A stretch of 64,000 nucleotides of DNA from Octopus sinensis (taxonomy: Eukaryota), in assembly GCF_006345805.1 (NCBI RefSeq), contig NC_042998.1, positions 153,512,001 to 153,576,000 on the forward strand, in the 5' to 3' direction. The notes under the pieces are model-generated. The model was given only the letters and a program-made list of their open reading frames with translations. It was not told the DNA's origin and did not search any database. This document shows, in pieces, positions 50,901-61,798 of the stretch. The translations under genes and the position numbers were made by a program. Within the stretch, counting starts at the first letter, position 1. Every line of letters begins with the position of its first letter.

Positions 50901-53900
50901 TCACTTTCTCTATTCTCCTAATTTGGTCCCATCTGACTATCATCTGTTCCCTAACATGCAAAAACACTTGGCTGGGAACCAGTATTGCAACCAGAACGTC
51001 TATTGATAGTTGCTTCTGATAGGGCCCTATGTAGGAGATACCTAAGGACTTTACTCCCACAAGCCTCCCAAGAACAGTGGGTGGAAAAGACGACAGACGA
51101 ACCAACCAATCATCCATCTGCTAAGTTTGGAGTTCAGTTGATTTTTTTTTTAATGGTTAACATGACTGCTATTTATATTCTGAAGTCCAGTATTAACTCA
51201 AAAGTGAAAAGGAATGTACATTTGATTGATTCAAATTAGTGCAAATGTTACTTCTTTTTAGTTGACTTCAGTTCCTTCCTTGACAACCTGAAGTCAGTTA
51301 CCTGGAATTCAGTAGTCATTCTCTTATATTAGATTTCATTTAGCTACCAAAATGAAAACTTTCTGTTAGTTTCTTTTTGTGGGGTATTTGTAGTCAGTTG
51401 CCATAATGCAAAAAGGCAAAGAATTTTAAGAACTAGCTTGGTGAATGTGTGTAAGTAATTGGTTCATGTGAACAGTTCTGGACCCCACGAATCCCATTGC
51501 TGATCCTACCAAGAATCAAAGTTTGACTGTTAGATAGCATGACATATATTACTTTTTAAGAGCCCTCTAAGAAAAATAAAAGCCTTTGTGGACATGTTGC
51601 TAGCTGTCTCAGTGAAATTGTTTAAGTGCTTCAGACTTCAGCACAAGAATTGTTAATTCTATCTTTCTGGATTGCAATTTGTGGTCTTTCATAGATTCTA
51701 TGTTATGAGAGTCAAGTTATTATCATATAGGATATCCCATAACAAAATTTATTATTGATTCCTTCCGAATGTTATGATGAATACATGCATGCACAACCAT
51801 ACAATGATAACTATTTCTATTTTAAATAAAGCTTCTGTTAATTATTTGGTACCTTATATAAAGGATTTTTATTTATTTGTTTAGAAAAAAATATACTTAA
51901 AATGTGGCTTGACTGTTTAATTTTATAATTTGTTCACAGATACTCTCAGATCCTGAGAAGAGAAAAATTTATGATCGCCGTGGTGAGGAAGGTTTAAAAC
52001 AAGGAGATATGAGTGGTGATCCTTTCTCAAGGTAGTTTTTAATGTATATATTTGTATATGAGAATTATAACTTGTGAATCTTTCAAAATTGACTTCAACT
52101 TGAAACTGTTGCCTTAAGTTCCTGCAAAACAAAGTTTGTCATTTTGGTTTCAGTTCCTGGCTATATTACACTTTATAAATATTCTAATTCTCATTAAAAC
52201 AGTATGGTGAACATAAAGACTTTTCATTATCTCTTAAAGCCTTTTCTGCCTGTACAAGCAACCAATATTAGTTCATTGTGACATGATTAATTTACATATA
52301 AATATTTTTGAGTGAGAAAATGTTATAACACTGAAAGAGTAAAAGAATCCAGGTTAGGCATCAGCAAAATACAAGTTAACTGAGTTCTTTTACTGGTTTC
52401 AGTCATTAGATTGTATTCTTACTAAGGCAGTTACAATTTCCTTTATACAAATAGTTCAGTGGAGGATATATAAAGAGAAAGAGGCTGGTGTCTAGTTACC
52501 TCACAATTGTTGTTGAATACAATTCAAATAGAAGACCCAAAATGACCAGGTAGACTTAAGGATCCTTGGTCTATGCTAACCTGCCATGTCAGTCAGTCTG
52601 TAAAATTCTGCAAGTTATATAGCATAGAAAATCTGAACGCTCTACATTCAAATTCTAGTTAGATTTTTTTAAAGTAGTTTATACCAGCTAACTGATATTT
52701 TGATTCAATTCATCATTATCTCTGTTTTAACCCTAATCAGTTAAAGAGTGCTGTAAAATGCAGCAACATTTATCATTATATATTGTAGTCTTTCATAAAT
52801 GTATTTTTCTTTTCCTTCCTTGATTTTCTTTCTGTAATCTTTATTACAGTTTTTTTGGAAATTTTCATTTTGGCAAAGATCCTACACCTGATGTAGTCCG
52901 TGGTGGAGATGTCATTATGGATTTAGAAGTCTCTTTAGAAGAACTTTATTCAGGCAATTTTGTAGAGGTAATTTTCAAACTTCGATTTTTGTTAGTTATT
53001 TTTACACTTGACTAAAATTTATAAAATATTTGATAAAACAGAATTATATGAGATGTCATGTTGCATCAGCATAAATAAAATTTAAATTTAGAATCATATT
53101 TAATATGTATAATATTTTTCAGTAAATATGTTTAACCTTTTAACATAAAAAAGATTTCTGTCAAATGTTATGCATATTTATTCACATTGATTTGAATCAG
53201 TCATGCATTACCTTTTAGCTTTGAGATTTCAATGACATGATTGTTTATTTTTAGAGTTATATTTTAGGGTAAGTGAGAGAAGCCAGATCTGGCTGGTTTG
53301 AAAATACAATAGCTAGATTATTTTGGCTGGATATGACTGCTTTAAATCTTATGAGTATTAAATATGATTCCACCTTCAGAAAAATGAAATTGGATTAGTA
53401 TTTAATGCATATAACAATTTGATAATATTCAATGACTAGGTCTGATTTTATTTTGGTTTATCTTTAGAGATGAAATATTTTATTTTTAATGCTTACATCT
53501 ACACTATGTTTCATTCTGTTCCGTTTCTGATTGTCATCAGGTGTCTTATATCTAGAAGTGAAAGATTAAATACTAATTTTTCATCATTTAGCATCCATAT
53601 TCCATACTGGCATGGAATGAATGATTTGAGAGAATCCAACAGGTTAGAATATTGCATCAAACTCCATTGTCCATTATGGCATGGTTTCTATGGCTGGATG
53701 TCCTTCCTAATGCCAACACTTGGTGCTGTTTACAGTGTACTTGGTGCTATTTACATTTCACCAGAACTGGTAAGGTCACCAAGTAACTTGCAAGATATGA
53801 CTTCCTCAACTGATCAATGTTTAGTATTTAGGGAGGTGACTTATTTTAGGTGTTGAGAGGCAAAAGTATGATTGAGGGATAGGAACAGGTGTTTTGTTGT

Positions 53901-56900
53901 AGAGAAGATGGAAAAGAAGAGAAGTGGTGGTGGTGGTGGTATGAAGTACCCTCAAGGTACAAGAGGGTGAATATGAGAAGGATGGGGAAAGAACAACAGG
54001 TGAGGGGTATAGGGGTAAAAGATCGGATAAGTTTGCAAGAGTATGAGTAAGTGACAAGTAGTTAGAGATAGGGAATATTGGGATATAGTTAATGCAATGA
54101 ATGACAAACAGAGAATAGAACATGGTCAATGGGAATATCAATTTGGAGGAAGTGAAGGAAATAGGAGTGGGACAGGGAGGACGAATAAGTGACAGTACAG
54201 AGGGGTGAGAGGGATGAGCAGTGTGAGGAGTGGGGAGAGATGGAAGGGTGCTCAGTGACAAGGGCAGAGATCTAAGGTATGTAAGAGTGAATGTAATGCA
54301 AGAGAGTTATTGGGTGAGGAGTGGGGTGATGGCTGATATAAGATGGTGTTCAATAGTAGTATAGCATAATATTGAAAATGCAAGGTGGGTAACATGAGAA
54401 GGTAGCTCCCAGAGAAAAAGTATGGTAAATGAAATATGTGCATCTCTGCTGGTAAGCTAGTGTTGTAGCTAGAAGAGGGATGGGTGTTGGTAAGATGGGT
54501 TGTGGGGCCAACTTGAATGTAAGGGCATACAGAAAGTGATAGGCTTTTAGGATCACATTTTTGCCTGAATAACCAGTTCTTCTCAGGCATAACAAATCAC
54601 CAGTCACCCTAGTCCTTGTCATTTCCTCCTTCAGGCTCAACACATTAAGGTTTTTTTCATCACATCATCATATGATGTCTTGGATCTCCCTCTTTCAAAG
54701 GTCTTATCCACATTTAGTGATTGGCATTTCTGTATGCAGCTGTCTTCATCTACGAGGGGCGTTCAATAAGTAATGCCTCTGACCCACTTGCAGTTGTTTG
54801 ATCTAGCTGAAATTTTGCATGTGCAATTATCTATATCTCTATAGATTAAGTGGTAAATTACAGCTCTGAACTAATTGTGGTTTCTGATTTACAGGTGTTT
54901 GAACTGAGTCAAGTGTGAAATGGAGCCTGTTGAGTGTCGGGCAGTGATTCGCATTTTATATTTGAAAGGATGCACACCACGGGAGACTTTTGATGAAATG
55001 AAAGTAACTTATGGTGATGATGCCCCATCATATGACCTTGTAAAACGCTGGCATTGTGAATTCAAACATGGTCGGAACTCTGTGGAAACAGTTCCCAGAT
55101 CTGGTCGCCCCTTACTGCTATTGATGAGGCATCTGTCCATCAAGTTGAGGCTGCCATTTTGGAAGATCGACGCATAACTATTCGGCAAATAGCCCATGAG
55201 GTCAAGATTAGTACCAGGTCTGTGGAAACCAATCATTCATGACCATTTGCATATGCAAAAGGTGTCTGCCAGATGGATTCCCAGGTTGCTCACACCTTTC
55301 CGGAAGCAAGAATGCGTCGAGTGCTCGAGGATGAATTTGGAGATGTGCCAAGAAGATGAGTCAACATTTTTCAAAAGACTGATTACACAGGATGAAACCT
55401 GGGTCCATCACTATGATCCAGAGTCAAAAGCCCAGTCAATGCAGTGGAAGCACCGTGACTCACCTCCTCCAAAGAAGGCAAGGGTGCAGCCCTCCACTAG
55501 CAAGGTCATGCTCATAGTCTTCTGGGACCAGGACGGAGTAGTGATGACAGATTTCCTGGCAAAGGGTACCACAATTACAGGCGCCTATTATGCTTCACTT
55601 TTGATGAAATTAAGAGAAGCTATCAAAATCAAGAGGCAGGGCAAGATCAGCAAAGGCATCCTCCTCCTGCAGGACAACGCTCCGGTCCACAACTCGATGG
55701 TCGCCAGATCAGAAGCACAGGCATGCGGCTATGAACTCCTCCCCCATGCCCCTACTCTCTTGACCTTGCACCCTCAGATTTTCACCTCTTCCCAGCCATG
55801 AAGTTGTTTTTGAAAGGAAAGCGTTTCCCAGATGATGCAGCCTTGATTTCTGACGTCACGTTGTGATTGGAGGACCAAGCTGGGGGTCATCTACAAAAAC
55901 GGTCTCCAGAGCTGCATCAAACGATGGTAGAAATGCGTAACTCTGGGTGGTTTCTATGTAGAAAAAGACTAATAACTGTGCCAAGTTTCATTGCTCTACT
56001 GCTATGGGAGGTGGGTCAGGGGCATTACTTATTGAACGCCCCTCGTATATGCATCACATAACTATTCCAGTGCAGTCATTTCTCTTGCACCATACACCTG
56101 ATACCCCTTAAGCCTAGTTTTTTCTCTCAATACATTTGCATTTTGTTGTGTATGCACACTGGCATAGCACATACTAACTTCATTCTTTTCTAACCTTTGC
56201 ATATCCTCTGCATTTAGGGCCCATATTTCACTACCATGTATCATCAATGTTCATATGCAAGTACTGTACAATATGCCGTTCACTGAGTGAGAAGCCATTT
56301 GTTACCAACAGAAGCAATAGCTCTCTGAATATTCTACATCCTATGTTTTCAGAACATCCTCCTCCACTGATGATTAGGTCACCTGCATAACAGAAAGTAT
56401 CTACTATTTCTAGTGAACCTCCTGGGCATTTAAGAAAATCTGTCCCATGTGTTCTATGTTTATTGTTCCTGTGCATGTCTCAGATAAAGTCCACTCTCTC
56501 TTTCCATTAACCTTCCTGTGATACCACTGCACCATTTATGTATCCATAGTTTGCGCTGTATACAGTGAATGGAATTTCTTCCTACTCTTTTTCTACATAT
56601 TAAGCAGAGCCATTTTCCTGATGGTTGTAGCATCCTGTCTGTCTTTGTCTTAGGTCTTTGCTAAGTTAACTTTAAGACCCTTTGATTCCATGTCTTGCTT
56701 TCACAACAAATTATATATAAATAAAAAGTTTTAGAGTAATTAACATAAGCCTTTTTAAACAGAAGTATTCAAGTTTTTAAGCAATTTTAAGTTATAGCTT
56801 TATTAGGAAAAGGAGCCTGATCTGTTTCTTTTTATTATTCTGAAAGCAATATATTCATTCTAAAGTTTTTGCTCATTGGATAGCCCATTATATTCAAGTA

Positions 56901-59900
56901 AGAAAGATAGATAAGTTTCTAAACTTCTATTCTTTAAGTATGTAGTATAAATGCTCCTTCCTTTCTCTGTGGGCAAGTATCTAGCTTATACATAAAAGTA
57001 TAATTTAAAATATAAATAATAATTCCAGTATGTATTTCTCATTAATATTAAATAATTATCCAGTATGTTTTCATGTATTTTCCATTAATTTTAAATCTCT
57101 GTAAATTTTTGCTCTTTGAGGCATTAGTGTAAGTCTTTTGAATATAGAAATATTGAAATTTTCAAATAATTTTAAGTAATAGTTTCATAAAAGAGAAAAG
57201 TACAATCTGTGTCTTACTAACCCTTTCTCAAACCAACCCATTTTCACCACTTCTGTTCCTTATTACATAATATGCTCCCCTGACAGCTGTCTCTGCATTT
57301 ATGTATAGGTATGATGTATGGGTATACTTCTTTCTGTCAATTCATTGACAGATCTGTCTCTATTCTGCAAGTGGTGTATTCACTTTAGTGTTTCTCCTCA
57401 TAGGATAACTTATTTATATGCAAGAAAAACAGATGCTTGCAAATATGAAGTCCTTTCCTGATGTACAACCCAACATAGGTTAGTGATTAGTGATTTCAGA
57501 TTTAGTGCTAGAAGGACTCAGAAACACAGACCAGTTTGAAAAAAAAAAGATACTGAAGCTTAAAGATCCATTGAACAATCAGAAATTTAGGTGAGAACTA
57601 GCTGAAGCATCTGATGAAAATGAGAATAGAGATGTTATGAGGGTCACATTCACTTCTATTATACCTCTAATTACCTCCATCTCAATCACTATATATATCT
57701 CAGTCATACTCTTGTAACCTTTACTTACTTACACCATCCATTATTTCTTATCTCTCATTTTTCTTCTATGCACTGTATCATTCTGCAGCTCTTCACTCTT
57801 TCTGTACTGTCAGCTGTCACTTCTTCTCTTCTAAGTATTTCCTATTGACATGCTTTCCTTATTCTTTTTACCTTCTCTGCAACTCACATATTCATCACAA
57901 ACTACTCATCCACTCTTGTTCACCATTCGCTATATTCACTTCTACACTCATCTGTAATCATCTCTCAGGCTCTCCTCACATTCTTGCAACCTTTATGCAC
58001 CCACCCTTCCTAATCTTCTGTCCCCACACTTTCTTCATCTTCTTGTTCCATGCTTTGATGCTTGTCATTACCATATTTAGCTTTCTTTCCAGCTGCACTC
58101 CAATTACTCCCATACACTCTTGTATAATGCAGAGTAGCTATGTATCTCCACTACATCATCTCTGCTTCTATGCTTTGAACTCTCAACACCTGGCATAAAT
58201 TGACTTCAATCTTTACTATACTCCCACTCATTTGAATGGCTCTTTAGTCTTGCAAGTTATATGGCAACATCACATGTACTGGTACAATGTGACCATGCCC
58301 AGTACATTCTGTAAAGTACTTGGTGTTAAGATTTTCATTCAATTGTAGAAGCCATACCAAAGCTAAGATAATGGAGTGTGATGTGGTCCTTTGACCCATT
58401 AGATCCTATTAAACTATCTAGCCTGTACCAGCATGGAGAGCAGATATGAAATGATGACAACAACGAGCTACATGTTAGAATGGCTGAAACTGAGTAGACA
58501 ACTGGCATGAAAATAATTTTCCAAAAATGTTATTGTAATATGGGCAATTAAAAATAAAATTATATCCATCTGAGCTCTTTCATCATTTTTTTTTCTTCTG
58601 GTATATTTCAGGTAATCAGGTACAAACCAGTTGCTAAACCTGCTAAAGGAAAGCGTCAGTGCAACTGTCGAATGGAAATGGTTACAACACAATTAGGGCC
58701 TGGTCGCTTCCAAATGGTACAGCAACATGTGTGTGATGAATGCCCCAATATCAAGTAAGAAGTTTTTCTTGTTTAATCTCCAGGTTATTCCTCATCCAAC
58801 AGATTCACAATCAAATATGTTCCAGCTTTGATTATCTTTTGTTTTTGTTTTTTCAACCATATATTTTGCCTTCCTTCTTTATTTTTGAAGACAGTTGAGT
58901 ATGAGTCAGAGATTTAGCTGCTATTTATACCAGATTAAAGCAACTGTGTGTAGACTTATAATTGCTATTTTTATCCTTTACTTTTTACTTATTTCAGTCA
59001 TTAGACTGCAGCCATAGAATCAGATGTGTCATACAGAGACAATTTACAAACAGTAGTTGGTAATTTGTTACCCAGGCAACTTAATACTGGTGGTGGTTTT
59101 AGGAAACCAGTATCAGCTAGGTTTATAAAAACAAGTAGATTAACTAATATCAAAGAATCTCTCTCACTCTCTTTCTCTCTCTCTCTCTCTCTCAAAAGTA
59201 GACTGAATAACGTATAAGACATAGTTAAGTTGATATAAGCTTCAATGTAAATTTATTGAAACTGGAAAGCAATGAGTTGAGTATAATGTGATAGGATATA
59301 CATCATTAAGAGGTATGAAAAGTTGAGTGTAATTTTATTTTTATTATATAGGTATGGAGAGTGGGCAGTACCCACAGCCCCTACAGGCTCTCCTAAACAA
59401 ATAACATCTCATAACAAAATCTTAATTTTTTTTTTTTGTCTTTGTTCGGTAAGTGTTATTTCCTATTTGTTTCTGTCTAGAAATCAATGGAAATGACTAT
59501 TATTTTCTTCAAATTTTGCTTTTGTGACCTGGACATCAATGTTTTGAAACTGACCTTTTCTCCATTACATTACAGACAGATTCAGTGCTGAGTTACTGAA
59601 GCAGAAATATCATTAGAGCAAATATTCTGCTCAATACCACAGATTTGCTTGTCAGTTGCTTGGCTGTAACCACTCGAGCATGTCCCTTCTTAGTGGCTGA
59701 CAATTTCTGAGCATGTGTAGTGGGAGAGCATCATAGCCAGGGATTCTTTAGAGTTTGGGTAAATATAGCTAAAACAAAATTTAATGGAACTGTCAACCAT
59801 TTTTCATCCTTTCTAGGGGTAAGCAAATAGGAAATAACAGTTGTTACCCAAGGACAAAAATTATTATATTGCAAATTGATGACTGCAGGAAAGTCATGTG

Positions 59901-61628
59901 TAGGAAAGAAATTCCAGAAGGATGACATTTGAGTGAGGAAGGACTGGAAATATTGATTTGGAGCCTGGGAGATTGGACACAACATGGGTTATGAGATTAG
60001 GAAAATAAGTCAAAAATACCTGAGTAGGGATAGCACAAGAGTGGCTAGCTCTCAGGATCAGAGGCCATTGGAATATTGTAGAAACTGACAGTAAGAGAAG
60101 ACTGCACGATTGTAGGCTAGAGGCTGTGACATATCTGTGATTGATTTTCTTGAATGGTCTTTCTTTAAATGCAGTCGAGGTTGTCTGTTTATGTAGCAGC
60201 ATCCTAAATGTGTAGAGTAGTACTCCTTTGTGCAGTGTTAATTGTTGTTGTTGGTAGCTGAAGTAATATCTGATAAAATAGTGTGCAAGTAATCATAAAA
60301 TGTTAAGTGCAAGTAATCTGAAGAAGTATCTACCATGAATGCTGGACAGTTAACTGATTAAATTGGTATGTGTTGTGCGTGTAGTTTGTTGTATTGGGAA
60401 AGACAACCATTGTTATTATTTAACGTGTTTATTGACGTTGCTTGATTACACGGACGACGTTAGCGTAGTGATACATTGTTTACTTAACACACAGTTTGTA
60501 TTGTTCACTAACAAATAGTGCCAAGAGTAGGGAGTAGTTTGGCAAACGCAAACACACAGATATGAATGTGTAACAGTATGAATGATGAGGCTTTGATTAT
60601 CAAAAAGATTTGGGATTTTAAAAATCTAACTAACCTGTCTGTCAATGTCTTCTGTCTTTCTTTCTCTCCATAATAGAGCACATTAAATTTAGTGTCTAGT
60701 CCATACAGTAATAATATAGTACTGGTTTGTTGGTTTGTTCAGTAGTTCAAGACCCATTTTCCATGCTAACATTGGTTAGACGAGATAGTTACTTAAGGCA
60801 AGATCTTACGACCAGATGGTCTTCTTGTTGCCAACCATTACCTGTTTTTTGAGCAAAAGATCATTTTATTGTAGAGATCTTCAAAATTGCAGAATGACCA
60901 ATCATAATGTCAACAAAAAATACAAACATCATCACTGTTTCACTGAAGCGATTGATGACAAGAGAAAAATATCAGTGTTTATGCACATTTGTGCATGCAC
61001 ACAATAATGTGCATACAAATATACACAGTGGGCTTCCTGCAGTTTATGTCTACTTAATTCAGTTGATCAGGCTAGGACTAGAGCAGAACACATTTAACTA
61101 AAGTACTGTGGAATGAGACCAAACTTTACATGTTTGTCAAACAAATGCCTGTCTAGTTTTATTATCTATTGAGAAAGAGTACTTAAACAATTAATATGGA
61201 GGAATATTAAATTCAATCTTCTTATAACATTGTATTGTACCTTTGGTAAAAATTTACTTTCCTTGTTTCAGTCTTCTTATGTGAAAAACACATTTTCATA
61301 GCAATAGTTGCTAACAAATCTGATATCACTAGAAATGTTGGACCTTTAGAATACAAACTGTCTCCTTGATAGAAGCGATAAGATATTTATATAAATTCCC
61401 TAACACTCAAATTTCTCCTGAATCTTATTGATTGTTAATAAAATTTTTCTTTTAAATACATATCTATTGTACTTAATTTTTATTTTTTGTCAAGTTTTAT
61501 AACTTCTTATATATTTGAATCTTTTAATTTGATCTTTTTATGTAGATTTGTTCCAGAAGAAAAAATGTTAGAAGTTGAAATTGAACCTGGTATGCGTGAT
61601 GGTCAAGAACATCCTTTTATCGCTGAAG
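20532..61628 (+). CDS. DNAJB11: DnaJ homolog subfamily B member 11 (ERdj3), spliced, 3' partial: join(20532..20602,48455..48611,51940..52031,52850..52967,58612..58754,61546..61628)
   Basis: Six exons (664 nt) with GT-AG boundaries and compatible phases (2,0,2,0,2,1) translate to [38 protein letters not shown]...HPDKNP...[21 protein letters not shown]...GEEGLK...-FFG...[32 protein letters not shown]...[22 protein letters not shown]...[36 protein letters not shown], recognisably collinear with human DNAJB11. Remaining exons lie beyond the window. Confidence 0.97.
21575..22094 (+). mobile_element. Penelope-like RT fragment with upstream terminal repeat
   Basis: PMG...[29 protein letters not shown]...YVN in ORF 21708..22094; truncated at the Gypsy junction. 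Confidence 0.8.
22095..24300 (-). mobile_element. Ty3/Gypsy LTR retrotransposon, 5' part (LTR remnant, PBS, gag, protease, RT N-terminus)
   Basis: gag WLAQLEASF...EELGNKK and [13 protein letters not shown]; protease FLVDTGA; [32 protein letters not shown]. Truncated before YxDD; LTR boundary uncertain. Confidence 0.88.
24106..24118 (-). promoter_or_regulatory. Primer binding site of the Gypsy element (tRNA-Trp type)
   Basis: TGGTGACCCCGAC is complementary to the tRNA-Trp 3' end (...GUCGGGGUCA-CCA, from memory of the vertebrate sequence) and lies upstream of gag. Confidence 0.75.
24900..25300 (+). mobile_element. Penelope-like GIY-YIG endonuclease fragment
   Basis: VIYKC...[17 protein letters not shown]...TTLS.KIWELK...AQPY...[11 protein letters not shown]. 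Confidence 0.8.
25350..25830 (+). repeat. Imperfect ~270 bp tandem duplication with an internal aatcctaaatagtatg minirepeat
   Basis: gaatataccatactgg...aaaaacttcactgcaaacttaaaatt and agaaactatt.ggttca...ttcttaatatataatt each occur twice. Confidence 0.75.
26689..26779 (+). ncRNA. Type I hammerhead ribozyme (Penelope-associated type)
   Basis: Stem I ttgg(26691-94)/ccaa(26773-76); CTGATGA 26695-26701; stem II gtgct/agtat (two G.U pairs) enclosing a gttgtaa/ttacaac hairpin; GAAAC 26761-65; loop GATC; GTA cleavage triplet 26770-72. Stem III is the palindrome ACGATCGT. Confidence 0.75.
26962..28596 (-). mobile_element. Penelope-like GIY-YIG 3' fragment flanked by ~635 bp inverted terminal repeats
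   Basis: Arms 26962-27597 and 27953-28596 are reverse complements (identical peptides in ORFs 27046..27246+ and 28312..28512-). The loop encodes [21 protein letters not shown]...[15 protein letters not shown] on the - strand. Confidence 0.88.
28430..28474 (+). ncRNA. Variant minimal hammerhead-like fold (mirror copy on - strand at 27084-27128)
   Basis: gg-a-cca CTGATGCG gtcaca ggag tgtgac GAAA gaac TT tgg-cc. Stems I and II pair, but the core is non-canonical (A9 to C plus one extra nt, UU site). Confidence 0.4.
29195..30880 (-). mobile_element. RTE-clade LINE, RT to 3' tail
   Basis: [44 protein letters not shown]; 3' UTR repeats; catcatcgtttaacgt tail junction. Confidence 0.88.
31600..34400 (-). 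mobile_element. Scattered RTE-clade LINE fragments (31600-32170, 32830-33120, 33600-34400) with an intervening SINE at ~32380-32515
   Basis: [47 protein letters not shown]...NKEGTRLL...NTNFRK. Confidence 0.75.
34440..40094 (-). mobile_element. Head-to-tail stack of non-autonomous Helitrons
   Basis: 5' TC heads at 40094, 38005, 36936 and 34645; hairpin+CTAG 3' ends at 38006, 34790 and 34646 (degenerate at ~36938 and ~35085); shared head module gtcaaagtg..ttttttgccctagtaaccac occurs four times. Confidence 0.8.
40210..40950 (-). mobile_element. Penelope-like GIY-YIG fragment with an inverted terminal copy
   Basis: [23 protein letters not shown]...YIGASEN; [17 protein letters not shown]. 40258-40340 is the reverse complement of 40788-40871. 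Confidence 0.8.
41178..44625 (-). mobile_element. hAT transposon remnant (41178-42791 and 44409-44625) interrupted by a Helitron
   Basis: Terminus cagtgttgccaac; [23 protein letters not shown]; [10 protein letters not shown]; VLAPYF...[19 protein letters not shown]. Confidence 0.8.
42792..44408 (+). mobile_element. Non-autonomous Helitron inserted in the hAT transposase
   Basis: A|TCtgtatatatataagg ... cccgagcaaagatgggctatactgCTAG|T; the empty site restores hAT GIVINYSG; internal triplicated aaatcaataaactgattccttatgggattttcca. Confidence 0.85.
46220..46720 (+). mobile_element. RTE LINE 5' end (5' UTR and start of endonuclease)
   Basis: [31 protein letters not shown]. Confidence 0.75.
46950..48085 (+). 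mobile_element. Non-autonomous Helitron with an internal ~145 bp tandem duplication
   Basis: A|TCtctatatatataaaactgagaatgtgtgtctgtctg ... gacctggcaacgacgggtcataatgCTAG|T; duplication at 46998-47287. Confidence 0.75.
48455..48611 (+). CDS. DNAJB11: DNAJB11 exon 2 (J domain with HPD)
   Basis: tttcag|A CGA GAT TTC... [52 protein letters not shown]|gtataa; 157 nt. Confidence 0.97.
49060..50290 (-). mobile_element. RTE LINE fragments (3' UTR, RT C-terminus, pyrimidine-rich 5' UTR-like piece)
   Basis: Same family motifs as 18947-19390 (tcactacaatgtagcatagctgttcatacacaagcatc...). Confidence 0.6.
50447..50636 (+). mobile_element. MITE-like repeat; inverted copy at 53132-53361
   Basis: Termini ttaaccc.../...ggttaa; the internal gaaatct..aagcta...ttcaaa.caatgt.aataaa matches the reverse complement of 53170-53280 at roughly 70% by eye. 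Confidence 0.6.
50690..51010 (+). mobile_element. mariner transposase C-terminal fragment
   Basis: [36 protein letters not shown]. Confidence 0.75.
51940..52031 (+). CDS. DNAJB11: DNAJB11 exon 3 (end of J domain)
   Basis: ttcacag|[30 protein letters not shown]+AG|gtagtt; 92 nt. Confidence 0.96.
52850..52967 (+). CDS. DNAJB11: DNAJB11 exon 4 (G/F region, start of domain I)
   Basis: ttacag|T+[39 protein letters not shown]|gtaatt; 118 nt. Confidence 0.96.
54753..56045 (+). mobile_element. Full-length mariner (DD34D-type) transposon, 1293 bp
   Basis: TA|cgaggggcgttcaataagtaatgcc.ctgacccac TIRs at both ends, TA TSD on both sides. Confidence 0.95.
54920..55972 (+). pseudogene. mariner transposase, frameshifted
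   Basis: HTH region, [47 protein letters not shown]; at least two frameshifts and an internal stop. Confidence 0.9.
58612..58754 (+). CDS. DNAJB11: DNAJB11 exon 5 (Cys-containing domain II)
   Basis: tttcag|[47 protein letters not shown]+AA|gtaaga; 143 nt. Confidence 0.97.
61546..61628 (+). CDS. DNAJB11: DNAJB11 exon 6
   Basis: tgtag|A+[27 protein letters not shown]+G|gtgcaa; 83 nt; matches human [28 protein letters not shown]. Confidence 0.95.
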
Positions 61629-61632
61629 GTGC

Positions 61633-61689
61633 AATAATAATACTAATAATAATAATAATGTGTGTTGTTGTTGTTGCTGCTGCTGCTGC

Positions 61690-61736
<47 letters not shown>

Positions 61737-61798
61737 CTGCTGTTGTTGTTGTTGTTGTTGCTGCTCCTCCTCCTCCTCCTCATCATCATCATCATCAT
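61633..61798 (+). repeat. Compound trinucleotide microsatellite (AAT)n-(GTT/GCT)n-(CCT)n-(CAT)n
   Basis: Read directly; the CAT block abuts the 3' end of a minus-strand RTE LINE. Confidence 0.95.

Larger units (their letters stand above)
53580..56700 (-). mobile_element. RTE LINE fragment (53580-54752 and 56046-56700) interrupted by mariner
   Basis: The empty site catcta/tatgcatcacat matches the family sequence at 31715; [19 protein letters not shown] motif. Confidence 0.7.

Noticed and set aside
59067-59080. Second X-box-like motif GTTACCCAGGCAAC
   Set aside because: Deep in intron 5, non-canonical spacer, and expected by chance in 64 kb.
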